Shown here: positions 46,766 through 56,768 of the stretch, piece by piece | Layout: each line of letters starts with the position of its first letter | Position numbering within the stretch: the stretch's first letter is position 1 | Assembly (NCBI GenBank): GCA_963555755.3 | Contig: OY820905.2 | Span: 2,848,001 to 2,912,000 of the forward strand | DNA length: 64,000 bases | Reading direction: 5' to 3' | Origin: Nitrospirales bacterium | GTDB taxonomy: Bacteria; Nitrospirota; Nitrospiria; Nitrospirales; UBA8639 | Position numbers and translations under genes: made by a program | Notes under the pieces: generated by a model | The model's input: only the letters and a program-made list of their open reading frames with translations | Told to the model about the DNA's origin: nothing | The model's database searches: none

Positions 46766-47683
46766 TTAACGTTTTTGATGCTCAACGATAGGAACAATTT
46801 TGGAACCGCCTAATAATTCCATGCCAAAACGAGTTCCATCCAACGCTTCATTGGCATAGAGGCGTCCTTTGGGAGCATCGATCTCAATGTTTAATTCACT
46901 TGTTTGATTTTCTTCAATCGTCACTTCGAATTCTTTCGTGATCATGGGATGCCACGCCTTCACCTTATACGTGCCTGGTGGAATCTCCGAAATCGTATAT
47001 CTTCCATCAGTTCCGCTCAGGGCATAATAGGGGTTTTTCACGGCTAACCCCCAACTCTCCATGTAGGCGTGGAATCCACATTGCATCACAAAGATATCCC
47101 GACCTTTTCTCATCTTGACTTTTTGGGTCAATATTCTACCTTCTCGATTTTTGACGTGTTTCCCGGCCATCAGATCCTTTTTACGTCTTTGCATTCGATC
47201 GCTGACTGGTAACGGCAGATTAAAGAGGACTCGAGCACCAAGATGTGAGGTTTCATAGGCTTGAATGTCATGCATCACAGGGTCCATGTTGACAATCTCA
47301 ACATTATGTTTTTCACGAACGATCGTAATGTACGGAAGAAATTTGCAGTCGACGGCCTCAATACGTTGAGGCGTATATTGAAACGGCTTTCCTTTTTTTA
47401 TCTCTTTAATCAACACCACAACATCTTTAAAACCATTTTCCGACCCAACATTAAACGGTTGCAATAATCTCCATCCAAAGCCATCGGAAATTCGCCCACA
47501 ATACACGGCGTCAGGAAAGGTGACCAGGTTATACCCTTTGGGCCTAGGAACGTCCCCGTTCAATGTCACCACTCCTGTGAGCGTGCCACCTTTTTCCACA
47601 CGTATTTCTTCATAGGCCCTACTCTCTGAAACCAAGAGAGACAGTCCAAAAATTAGCATGACAAAAACTACTAGGCGTTTCAT
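46766..47683 (-). CDS. Exported cupredoxin-like / carboxypeptidase-regulatory-like domain protein (paralog of 44941)
   Basis: YCGR, DPVMHD, CGFHAYM, NPYYA, IPPGTY..AWHP. Confidence 0.82.
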   Translation of the reverse strand: MKRLVVFVMLIFGLSLLVSESRAYEEIRVEKGGTLTGVVTLNGDVPRPKGYNLVTFPDAVYCGRISDGFGWRLLQPFNVGSENGFKDVVVLIKEIKKGKPFQYTPQRIEAVDCKFLPYITIVREKHNVEIVNMDPVMHDIQAYETSHLGARVLFNLPLPVSDRMQRRKKDLMAGKHVKNREGRILTQKVKMRKGRDIFVMQCGFHAYMESWGLAVKNPYYALSGTDGRYTISEIPPGTYKVKAWHPMITKEFEVTIEENQTSELNIEIDAPKGRLYANEALDGTRFGMELLGGSKIVPIVEHQKR

Positions 47684-48118
47684 AAATACCTCCGCAATGA
47701 GTCATAAACTGGTTCAGCCCCCTATTGTACCAAATCCCCCTCTCAAAAAAACGGGGGAGCCGGACTAGGTCCCCAGGATGCGCTTAAATAGGGGAAGTCA
47801 TCGGTATTGGCTGTCAGTCCACCGCCCCTTTATTCATGAAGATAATGGCCCACGGCTTTCGTGAAACGGAAGACGGGGTTGGATAAAGAGGGGTCCCCTG
47901 CCGTCTCCCATATCACGATTTTCTCAACAGTTGGTTCCTTGTGCATTCCTTTGGTACATTCATGGGAACTCAGGTATTTAGGTTGAAGACTGAAGGCTAT
48001 CACTCATCACGTCACGCTCGGAGGAAGCCAGTTAAGACCTTCTCGGTTTCGGCTAAAAGGCTTCCTCCTTCAGTCTAACCACCTAAGTCACCATTCATGA
48101 AACTTTCTGACGTCTGAA

Positions 48119-49246
48119 TTGCCAAAAATGAAACAAGGTCCCGCCATTTTTCGAGCAGTCGGTTTGACTTCTTTGCTGTGCGTCACCTTCTTGAGCGGGT
48201 GCGCCTCGCCGGTGGCCCTCCATCGAGCCGTGTTGGAATATGATTGGACCGTGAATCGGATTGAGACAGAACTTTTACTTCTCAATATTGCTCGAACGCG
48301 GTACCACGAACCCATTCATTTCACTGTCGTCTCGAGCATTGCCGCCACGTTTGATTTCCGCGTCAATACCGGTATCATCGGAGTGTTGACCCAAAGCCCT
48401 GGCATGGATTCTCTCTCACTCAATTTAGGGGCTTCCGTAGCGGAAAATCCAACGATCAGCATCATCCCCATTCAAGGCAAAGAATTCGCCAAGCGGCTCT
48501 TAACGCCGATTTCCGAAAATACCATCAAATTTTTGTCGCACCAGGGAATCGACCCGGCCCTCCTCCTTCGCCTGATGGCGCGTGGGATGCTTCTGAAAGA
48601 CGACGAGGGCCAACGACGCTTCTTATTGAACCAGCCCCACCGGAAAAAAGAATACCGGGAATTCCGACAGCGGGTGATGCATTTGTCATGGTTACAGTCC
48701 GAACGAAAATTGTTTGTGGGCCCACTCCAATTGAACGAAGGGTCGGAGCGGAAGACCGGACGTAGTGTGATCACGAACTATGATCCCGACAAGCTTTCGC
48801 ATCAGGAACGACAGGATTTAAATAATCAAGCGGAGCGATTTTCTCTCGATCATATTTTGGTCGATATTCGGAAAGGGCATCCAGGCGGGGATTTCCCCAT
48901 GTTTGGCGAAATCCAATTACGCAGCTTTAGATCCATTTTAGGATTTATTGGGCGAGGGATTGCCCAAGATCAAGAATTTCACGTAGCCCCAGACTCGAGA
49001 ACGAAATCCGTCTCTGTCAATCCAGCAAAGACGCTGACCATCCTAGAGTCAAACACTCAACCTGATGAAGCCATCGTATCGGTCCAGAAACGAGGACTGT
49101 GGTATTACATTGAGCAAAAATCCCCATCGGGAGAATTGGAAGATCGGTGGAACCACGAAGCCTTCGATGTCTTATACCAACTGTACCATCTCACCGTGAC
49201 CGATATCTCTCAAACCCCCACGGTGCCCATTACCATTGCCAAATAA
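48119..49246 (+). CDS. Hypothetical lipoprotein
   Basis: Lipobox LSGC; 375-aa ORF; LLLNIAR.R..EP.HF motif. Confidence 0.75.
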   Translation: MPKMKQGPAIFRAVGLTSLLCVTFLSGCASPVALHRAVLEYDWTVNRIETELLLLNIARTRYHEPIHFTVVSSIAATFDFRVNTGIIGVLTQSPGMDSLSLNLGASVAENPTISIIPIQGKEFAKRLLTPISENTIKFLSHQGIDPALLLRLMARGMLLKDDEGQRRFLLNQPHRKKEYREFRQRVMHLSWLQSERKLFVGPLQLNEGSERKTGRSVITNYDPDKLSHQERQDLNNQAERFSLDHILVDIRKGHPGGDFPMFGEIQLRSFRSILGFIGRGIAQDQEFHVAPDSRTKSVSVNPAKTLTILESNTQPDEAIVSVQKRGLWYYIEQKSPSGELEDRWNHEAFDVLYQLYHLTVTDISQTPTVPITIAK

Positions 49247-49304
49247 ACTCAGCTCCGCAACGGGCGTTCGAAATCGATCGGAACCCCTATCATCCACAAC
49301 GCCT

Positions 49305-49673
49305 TTATTGCAGCGAACGGAACACGGCCAGCAGATCACTGATTGCCAACGTTTTAATTCGCAACATTTCTCGATCTTTCGCGAGTTGATCGTTCATTCT
49401 GTTATCACTAGCCCGTTCAACGCAATTCGCTCCCAATTGTAAAATTCTTTCAGATTCAGCTTCCACTTTATCCTTAACGACTCGATTACTGGCGAGCAAT
49501 TCAGTAGCCTTCGCCCGGGTCGCCTTTAAATGTTCTTGAAATTCCGATTCTGGAAAGGCTTCCTTCGCAGCTTGATCATGGCACCGATCCAAGTATTGAT
49601 TCAGTAAGACGTATAATCGGAGCACGGTCTCGGTGATTTGAATAAATTGGGCATTTTCATCTTGAGAAGACAT
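49305..49673 (-). CDS. Hypothetical helical protein
   Basis: RBS AAAGGAG before ATG 49673. Confidence 0.75.
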   Translation of the reverse strand: MSSQDENAQFIQITETVLRLYVLLNQYLDRCHDQAAKEAFPESEFQEHLKATRAKATELLASNRVVKDKVEAESERILQLGANCVERASDNRMNDQLAKDREMLRIKTLAISDLLAVFRSLQ

Positions 49674-49902
49674 AAATTCTCCTTTCATTTGGCCAGCCGT
49701 TGGTATGATCAAGAATTGGGATCGAGCCCGTTTCTCCTTTGAGGGATACAACTCACCATTAAGGTTATCCCAATTTGAACTCCTAGGAAAGAGAAGACGT
49801 GAAGAAAATACTCTAGACTGTCATATAATACGGTTCTGAATCCTCAAAAATTATGAGAATATCTACAAAGTTTTTGATAGCTCTGTAGCGGGATGCACCA
49901 TA

Positions 49903-50371
49903 CCCCGTCATACCATAGAAGATCTTGATGCTCATTTGCTGTCAGGAAACCTCCCCTATATAGTAGATTTGCAAACCAAGGAAAATGGGCGGTGCGGCGA
50001 ATCGATCACAGTCTCAATATCCCCCTGAATTACTTAGGAGCCTGTCCGAGATTAGCGATCGTCACGAGGATGTGCGGGTTTGAGTCAGATGTTTCGATCG
50101 TTTGAGGCGAATAGTTGGACTATTCACCGAAAAGGATCGGAAGATCTGGCCAAATCCAGCGCATCCGCAGTAGATTCGTCTAATCTGGGACAGGCTCCTA
50201 GACAAACGGCTTCAGGAATTTCCAACCGATCGAAATATTGTGGTGCATTGTTCCAGTGGATACCGGTCTTCCATCGCGGTAAGCCTGCGACACCATACGG
50301 GTTTCCCCCATATCAAAGTTTTAATTTGCGGATTTGTGGCCGGGGACCACAAGGCCATGAATCCTTTTTAA
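49903..50371 (+). pseudogene. Rhodanese-domain relic interrupted by MITE A
   Basis: SLNIPLNYL|DKRLQEFPTDRNIVVHCSSGYRSSIAVSL..GF; frameshift upstream. Confidence 0.7.
50038..50197. mobile_element. MITE family A (empty, 160 bp)
   Basis: GAGCCTGTCC..GGACAGGCTC; TTAG and CTAG flanks. Confidence 0.88.
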
Positions 50372-50419
50372 GAGCCTGCTGATATCTCCAGATAGGCAGG
50401 AGGACGATACCGACACATC

Positions 50420-51679
50420 ATGCGTACGAACTTAAAAAAAATTGGGATCCTAGTAGGCGGCGGACCGGCTCCCGGCATTAACAGTGTCATCGAAGCCGCT
50501 ATGCTTCGTGGCCTTTCCGAAGGCCTAGAAGTCATTGGAATTGTGGATGGCTTTCACTGGCTCATGCAGGGGGACACGGCTCATGTGATACGGCTCACGG
50601 CAGACACAGTACACCGCATTCATTTCCGCGGTGGATCGTTCCTGAGAACTTCACGAGCCAATCCCACGAAGGATCCGAAAGATCTTGAAACGACGTTGGC
50701 CTCCCTACAAAAGCTCAACATTTCAGGATTGATCACCATCGGCGGGGATGATACCGCCTCCTCTGCCATGCAACTGGAACGCTTAGCCGAAGGTTCCCTT
50801 CAAGTTGTCCATGTGCCCAAGACAATCGACAACGATTTGTGTCTCCCGCATGGCATTTCGACCTTTGGGTTTCAGACCGCACGGCACCTCGGGGTGGAAA
50901 TCGTGAAGAACCTCATGGTCGACGCCCATACCACTTCCCGCTGGTATTTCGCCGTAGCCATGGGCCGTAAAGCCGGTCACCTCGCCCTGGGAATTGGGAA
51001 AGCCGCGGGGAATCCCATCACGATCATTCCCGAAGAATTTCACCATCGCACGATCAGACTTGCTGACTTGTCCAACGTTCTTCTTGGCTCAATTATCAAA
51101 CGCCTGAGCCAAGGACGATCAGATGGGGTTGCGGTGTTAGGAGAAGGCCTGCCGGAACTCTTGAGCCCCGAAGATTTAGTGGAAGTTGGGAATGTCGAGC
51201 GTGACGAACATGGGAACATTCGATTTGCCGAACTCGATATTGGACAGGTCTTGAAACAGACCGTTCAACGAGAACTCAAACAGTACGGAATTAATTTAAC
51301 CATTGTGACCAAAAACATCGGTTATGAATTACGATGCGCGGACCCCATTCCTTTCGACATAGAGTACACTCGCGATTTAGGCTACTGTGCCGCACAATTT
51401 CTCCTCGATGGTGGGAATGCCGCGATGGTCGCCATCGATACCGGAAAGTTTACGCCTCTTCCCTTCAAGAATATGTTAGACCCAAAAACCGGAAAGGCGA
51501 AAATCCGGCTTGTGGATATTGAGTCCGAATACTACCTAATCGCCAGACAATACATGGTACGGTTGGAACGTGAGGATTTTGAGTCAACGGAAGCAGCGGC
51601 AAAGTATGCGCATCTTTTAAAGATGTCACCTGAAGATTTTACCAAAAAATTTTGCACCTCATTCGAAAGGGAAAACTGA
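50420..51679 (+). CDS. pfp: Pyrophosphate-dependent 6-phosphofructokinase
   Basis: GGGPAPG, GGDDT, PKTIDND (Asp/Lys signature of PPi type), MGR, GYELR. Confidence 0.9.
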   Translation: MRTNLKKIGILVGGGPAPGINSVIEAAMLRGLSEGLEVIGIVDGFHWLMQGDTAHVIRLTADTVHRIHFRGGSFLRTSRANPTKDPKDLETTLASLQKLNISGLITIGGDDTASSAMQLERLAEGSLQVVHVPKTIDNDLCLPHGISTFGFQTARHLGVEIVKNLMVDAHTTSRWYFAVAMGRKAGHLALGIGKAAGNPITIIPEEFHHRTIRLADLSNVLLGSIIKRLSQGRSDGVAVLGEGLPELLSPEDLVEVGNVERDEHGNIRFAELDIGQVLKQTVQRELKQYGINLTIVTKNIGYELRCADPIPFDIEYTRDLGYCAAQFLLDGGNAAMVAIDTGKFTPLPFKNMLDPKTGKAKIRLVDIESEYYLIARQYMVRLEREDFESTEAAAKYAHLLKMSPEDFTKKFCTSFEREN

Positions 51680-51777
51680 AATGCGTAAAGCCTAATAATC
51701 GCTAATACAATAATTAAGTAGTATGAGGCGACAGAGCAGAATCTGTTTTACTAGAAAACCTTAAGAAGACGAAAAAG

Positions 51778-52077
51778 TTAACTAACCTGTTTGCAACAAG
51801 GCTTTTCCTTCCCGCCTTCCATTAATAAGCGGAGGTCGTCGCCGGTCGCGGTTTCTTTGTCTAGGAGTTTTTGGGCGGCTTCTAAAAGAATGGGTTTGAG
51901 TTTGGTGAGGAGTTCACTTACCTTTTTGGTTTGGTTGTCGATGAAGTTACGGTCTTCTTGATCGATTTCACGGGCGGTTTCTTCGGAGTATTGCGTTCCA
52001 TAGCTGGGCTCTTTGGTTTGGAGGAACGACGCTTGGCGGTCATTTTCCAACGTGACAGTTCCTAATACGTCACTCAT
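51778..52077 (-). pseudogene. FtsH C-terminal fragment A
   Basis: MSDVLGTVTLE..FL..YSEETAREIDQE..LLDKET..GDDL. Confidence 0.8.
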
Positions 52078-52146
52078 GCCATAATCCCGGAAACTATTCC
52101 ATGTACCCGGTAAGATTCTATCCGGCTAGGCCAATATTTTCTTCCA

Positions 52147-52420
52147 GGGAATGTTGAAAAAAGCCACCAGCCTTCGCTAAAGCTACGGCTGGCATGCCAG
52201 TGGTTCCATGCCTGCCGAAGCGGCTTCGCGTAAGCAGGTCGCCCTTTTGCCGTGCTCACGTACTGAGAGTACGCTCCGCGCGTCAAAAGGGCTGCGGCCT
52301 TGCTGGACGGACCCTTCGGAAAGACTCAGGGCATGCTTTTTTGAACATTCCCTCTCACTGATGTTGGTCATCTGCCCTGGCGAATTTATGGGGTCTTGGC
52401 ATGAAATATTCAACAAGCCC
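52147..52420. mobile_element. Composite MITE (family B plus extension, three nested mini-palindromes)
   Basis: GGGAATGTTGAA..TTCAACAAGCCC flanked by TTCCA/TTCCA. Confidence 0.75.
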
Positions 52421-52431
52421 TTCCAGGTTTT

Positions 52432-53580
52432 TCACGCGAATAGCGGGTGACCCTGCCCTAGCTCTTCAAGGGGAACCGCTTCCACCTTTTTAGATAACGA
52501 GAATCGTTTATTGCCGGGATAAATTATTGCGACACGTTCCAGGCCCAAGTCTTCCAAGGCAATGCGGATCGAAGGTGTCATGCCCGGCGCATCGGTCCGT
52601 TTGCATTCTACCCCAAGGAGCCGGTCGCCCCGGCGAATAATCAAATCGATCTCCGCTCCTTGATGCGTGGCCCAGAAATAGGCCTCGTCGTGTGGCTCCG
52701 TCATCATGAGCTGCTCGATCACGAAACCCTCCCATGAGGCGCCGAGTTTCGGGTGACTCATCAGGGCTTTGGCGGTCTCGATGCCAAGAAGGTGGTGCAA
52801 GAGGCCGCTATCTCGCACGTATACCTTTGGCGCTTTGACTTGGCGTTTTCTCAGGTTGGCATGCCAAGGTTGTAACTGCCGGATCATGAGTGCGTCGGTG
52901 AATAGGTCCAGGTACCGTCGAGTCGTGGACTCGCCGACGCCCAAGGCTCGCGCAGGTTCAGCTGCGTTCCAGGTTTGGCCGTGATAATGGGCCAGCATGG
53001 TCCAAAATCTTTGTAAGGCCACTGCGGGGACACGCACTCCCCATTGGGGAAGGTCACGTTCCAGCATTGTGCGGATGAAGCTTTTCCTCCAGGCGAAACT
53101 ATCCGTTTCCGTTTTAGCTAGATACGAGAGGGGAAAGCCTCCTCTTCCCCACAGCATGGACTCTGCGAGCGCACCCAGTTCTGATAACGAAAACCCTCCG
53201 ATGGTCACATACTCTAGGCGTCCCGCCAGGCTCTCCGAACTTTGTTGCAACAAATTACCCGAGGCGCTGCCCAAGATTAAAAAACGTGCAGGGGCCGCTT
53301 TGCGATCGGCCAGAACACGCAGCATGGGAAATATCTCGGGTCGCCGCTGCACTTCGTCGATCACCACCAGCCCTTTCAATGGGCGCAGGGCAGTCATCGG
53401 CTCATCAAGCCGGGCAAGGCTTGCCGGATCTTCCAAGTCAAAATAATTGACTGAATCCTCGCTGAGGAGTTCACGGGCCAAGGTAGTCTTGCCGCACTGG
53501 CGTGGGCCAGACAGCACGACCACTTTGCTACGCTTGATGGCGGTTTTGAGGGTGGAGAGGATGCCTAGGCGCTCGATCAT
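52432..53580 (-). CDS. AAA_14 ATPase with DUF4143 domain
   Basis: GPRQCGKT, IDEVQ, LGSAS, ESLAGR, GGFP, PKVY..DSGL, EIDL..ECK. Confidence 0.92.
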   Translation of the reverse strand: MIERLGILSTLKTAIKRSKVVVLSGPRQCGKTTLARELLSEDSVNYFDLEDPASLARLDEPMTALRPLKGLVVIDEVQRRPEIFPMLRVLADRKAAPARFLILGSASGNLLQQSSESLAGRLEYVTIGGFSLSELGALAESMLWGRGGFPLSYLAKTETDSFAWRKSFIRTMLERDLPQWGVRVPAVALQRFWTMLAHYHGQTWNAAEPARALGVGESTTRRYLDLFTDALMIRQLQPWHANLRKRQVKAPKVYVRDSGLLHHLLGIETAKALMSHPKLGASWEGFVIEQLMMTEPHDEAYFWATHQGAEIDLIIRRGDRLLGVECKRTDAPGMTPSIRIALEDLGLERVAIIYPGNKRFSLSKKVEAVPLEELGQGHPLFA

Positions 53581-53879
53581 TAATAGGAATTATACCATGA
53601 AAATCCACCATATCATAGAGGAATTTCCTGATATCAATACATATTCAGATGCTTCAAATCCCTGCGCATCTAACAAGGAGCATGGTTCTGGCGAGTCCCT
53701 TTATGTCCTGAAATGGTACCCTCCTCCGAGCTCTGGGAGTTGCAATGGATCGAAAAAAAGTCCTGGCACACGGAGGACCATTCACAATCGTCGCCTCCAA
53801 GAAAAATGTCGGGAGTCGAGCGTAGCGTATATAAAATCTGGCTTTACCATGGAAAAGTTTTTTTGCGCCGTTTGGAGGC

Positions 53880-54060
53880 CGGCTTTTTTCTTGCCGCCTT
53901 CTATTAATTGGCGGAGGTCGTCACCGGTCATGACTTCTTCGTCCATGAGTTTTTGGGCGGCTTCTTCGGAGTATTGCGTTCCAAAGCTGCTCTCTTCGGC
54001 TTCCCGAAACGTTGTCCGTTCATCTTTTTCCAACATGCCGATTCCTACCAAGGGTTTCAT
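53880..54060 (-). pseudogene. FtsH C-terminal fragment B with internal deletion
   Basis: FGTQYSEE^AAQKLMDEEVMTGDDLRQLIEGG, colinear with fragment A. Confidence 0.75.
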
Positions 54061-54164
54061 GTTGAACATTGCACTATTCGCTTGGCAAGGTGGTGCCATA
54101 GAACACCTAGACATGGTCATGACATGCAGGGATTCTTGAAACTTTTGAAAGGTCTGCGGTCGAT

Positions 54165-54210
54165 AGGTACGATCATCTGGGCTTAAGATCTCCACAATCA
54201 TCAGAAACAA
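54165..54210 (-). pseudogene. Possible Uma2 endonuclease fragment
   Basis: LMIVEILSPDDR motif only. Confidence 0.4.
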
Positions 54211-54263
54211 TTTGTTTCCACAATGATTTTGAATTTGAGCGGTCTCCTAGAAAGTGCCAAAGC

Positions 54264-56654
54264 ATGAATGACTGGTCTTTAATTTACGAAGGATTTGATC
54301 CTGAGAAAGAGGGGTTACGGGAAACCTTGTGCACATTGGGCAATGGATACTTTGCGACGCGAGGTGCCGCTCATGAAGCTAATGCCGACGCCACGCATTA
54401 CCCGGGCACGTATCTTGCTGGCGGATATAACCGCTTACAGACCGAGATTGGTGGCCGAACGATTGAAAATGAAGACCTCGTCAACTTACCAAATTGGTTG
54501 TCCCTCATCTTTCGTCACCCTGATAGCCATTGGTTCAACCTCCAAGTGATGGAGGTTCTTTCGTATCGCCAGGAGCTTGATCTAAAGGCCGGAGTTCTTC
54601 ATCGATCCGTTCATTTCCAAGACGGCAAAGGCCGTAAGACCACCCTGACGAGCCGCCGGTTTGTGCATCTTGGGTTTCAACACCTGGCCGGCTTGGAAGT
54701 CGTGATTACCCCCGAAAATTGGTCCGGGCCTTTGGAGATTCGGACAGCTCTTGACGGTCGAGTGCTGAACGCGGGCGTGGCTCGCTATCAAACCTTGAAT
54801 AATAAACATCTGATAGGTCTAGAGTCTTCGGCTGTTGGAGAGGATGGGCTTTTTCTGTGTATGGAAACGAGTCAATCGAAACTCCGCATCGCAGAAGCCG
54901 CCAGCACTCAATTCACTCTTGATGATTCTTTGTTGAGGCCATCCCGGCACCTGGTTCAAGGATCTGAATACATCGGTCACGAATGTACGATTGGGATGAA
55001 ACAAGGTCATCCGCTGACCATTGAAAAAATCCTGACGCTGTATACCTCACGAGACCATGGCGTTTCGGAATGTGGATTGGACGCCCGACATACCCTCAAC
55101 AACACCAGTGGGTTTGAGGACTTGCTTCGTTCGCATACTCAGCATTGGAATCGGTTGTGGCAGCGTTGCGATATCGGCATTCAAGATAGTGAGGATTCTC
55201 AGCTTATTCTTCGGTTGCACATCTTTCACCTCCTTCAAACGGTTTCGCCTAATACGATCGATTTGGATGTCGGAGTCCCAGCGCGCGGCCTGCATGGTGA
55301 AGCCTACCGAGGGCAGGTCTTTTGGGACGAACTCTTTATTTTCCCGCTTCTTAATTTTCGAATTTCTGCCATCACGAAATCGCTCTTACTCTATCGTCAT
55401 CGGCGACTCGATCAGGCCCGCTGGAATGCGCAACACGCTGGGTTTAGTGGCGCGCTCTACCCCTGGCAAAGCGGAAGCAATGGACGAGAGGAAAGTCAGA
55501 CGTTGCACCTGAACCCCCAATTCGGTCGATGGACTCCTGACAATAGTGCGCTCCAACGGCATGTGAATGCGGCCATTGCTTACAATGTATGGCAGTACTT
55601 TCAAGTGACCGACGATTGGGAGTTTCTCTCTTTTTATGGCGCGGAAATGATTTTGGAGATTGCCCGGTTTTGGGCCAGCGCTGTTTCCTACAGTCCAGAC
55701 AAAGACCATTACGAAATTTTGAATGTCATGGGTCCCGATGAATACCACGATCAGTATCCTCATTCAACAGAACCCGGTCTGAACAACAATGCCTATACCA
55801 ATCTCATGGTGGTGTGGATCTTTTGTCGGGCTTTGGAAATCCTCGACATGCTATCTGGAGATAGCCGAACCGAGCTGCGGGAAATTATGCACATTAGTAC
55901 TACCGAGGTTGAACTGTGGGACGACATCAGCCGGAAAATGTTTATTCCCTTTCATGACCATGGGATAATTAGCCAATTCGAAGGGTATGAGGATTTAGAG
56001 GAATTTGATTGGGATCGGTATCGCCAACAATACGGCGATGTTCAGCGACTGGATCGTATTCTCGAAGCCGAAGGAAATTCCACGAATCGGTACAAATTAT
56101 CTAAACAAGCCGATGTGTTGATGCTCTTTTACTTGTTCTCGTCAGACGAATTGCGACTCTTGTTTACACGGCTGGGCTATCCATTTACATATTCAACCAT
56201 CCCTCAGAACATTGCGTATTACTTGAGTCGCACGGCCCACGGATCATCCCTCAGCCGTGTGGTGCACTCCTGGGTCATGGCACGCTCCGATCGCGAACAG
56301 GGCTGGGGTTTATGGAAAGATGCTTTAAGAGTGGATGTCTCGGATATTCAATCGGGAACCACTGCGGAGGGCATTCATCTGGGTGCCATGGCGGGGACAG
56401 TGGATCTCATTCAACGCGGGTATACGGGTTTGGAAACACGAGGAGGAACGCTGTATTTTAACCCCTGCCTCCCCAAAGGATTAAAGGCCCTCAATCTCCG
56501 ACTGTTTTATCGGGGTCATTCTTTGGATGTGTCCGTTACGCAAGACACGTTTCAAATAGGGTCACGCCCAGGGCGAGCCGCCCCAATTCAGGTGTCCATC
56601 AAAGGCAAATCCCAAAAACTCAAGCCTGGACAAATTGTTAGCACTCCAATTTAA
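54264..56654 (+). CDS. Glycoside hydrolase family 65 (trehalose/maltose phosphorylase-like)
   Basis: LGNGYFATRG, ARGLHGEAY..FWDE, GPDEYH, KQAD, HGSSLS, GIHLGAMAG. Confidence 0.93.
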   Translation: MNDWSLIYEGFDPEKEGLRETLCTLGNGYFATRGAAHEANADATHYPGTYLAGGYNRLQTEIGGRTIENEDLVNLPNWLSLIFRHPDSHWFNLQVMEVLSYRQELDLKAGVLHRSVHFQDGKGRKTTLTSRRFVHLGFQHLAGLEVVITPENWSGPLEIRTALDGRVLNAGVARYQTLNNKHLIGLESSAVGEDGLFLCMETSQSKLRIAEAASTQFTLDDSLLRPSRHLVQGSEYIGHECTIGMKQGHPLTIEKILTLYTSRDHGVSECGLDARHTLNNTSGFEDLLRSHTQHWNRLWQRCDIGIQDSEDSQLILRLHIFHLLQTVSPNTIDLDVGVPARGLHGEAYRGQVFWDELFIFPLLNFRISAITKSLLLYRHRRLDQARWNAQHAGFSGALYPWQSGSNGREESQTLHLNPQFGRWTPDNSALQRHVNAAIAYNVWQYFQVTDDWEFLSFYGAEMILEIARFWASAVSYSPDKDHYEILNVMGPDEYHDQYPHSTEPGLNNNAYTNLMVVWIFCRALEILDMLSGDSRTELREIMHISTTEVELWDDISRKMFIPFHDHGIISQFEGYEDLEEFDWDRYRQQYGDVQRLDRILEAEGNSTNRYKLSKQADVLMLFYLFSSDELRLLFTRLGYPFTYSTIPQNIAYYLSRTAHGSSLSRVVHSWVMARSDREQGWGLWKDALRVDVSDIQSGTTAEGIHLGAMAGTVDLIQRGYTGLETRGGTLYFNPCLPKGLKALNLRLFYRGHSLDVSVTQDTFQIGSRPGRAAPIQVSIKGKSQKLKPGQIVSTPI

Positions 56655-56768
56655 AGTTTTGATCTTTTCCTGTTTTCCATCTTGAACTTGCTATTCCCTG
56701 TTGCATGTAACGAGTAACCTTTTATTTTTCCCCTTTGAAAAAATGGGCAAGAGGGAAAGTCTTAAAAT

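Noticed and set aside
52074..52450. Short ORFs between the ftsH relic and the ATPase
   Set aside because: Translations of the composite MITE.
53678..53700. GTTAGAT upstream of the AAA ATPase as a cassette start
   Set aside because: No partner core site on either side.
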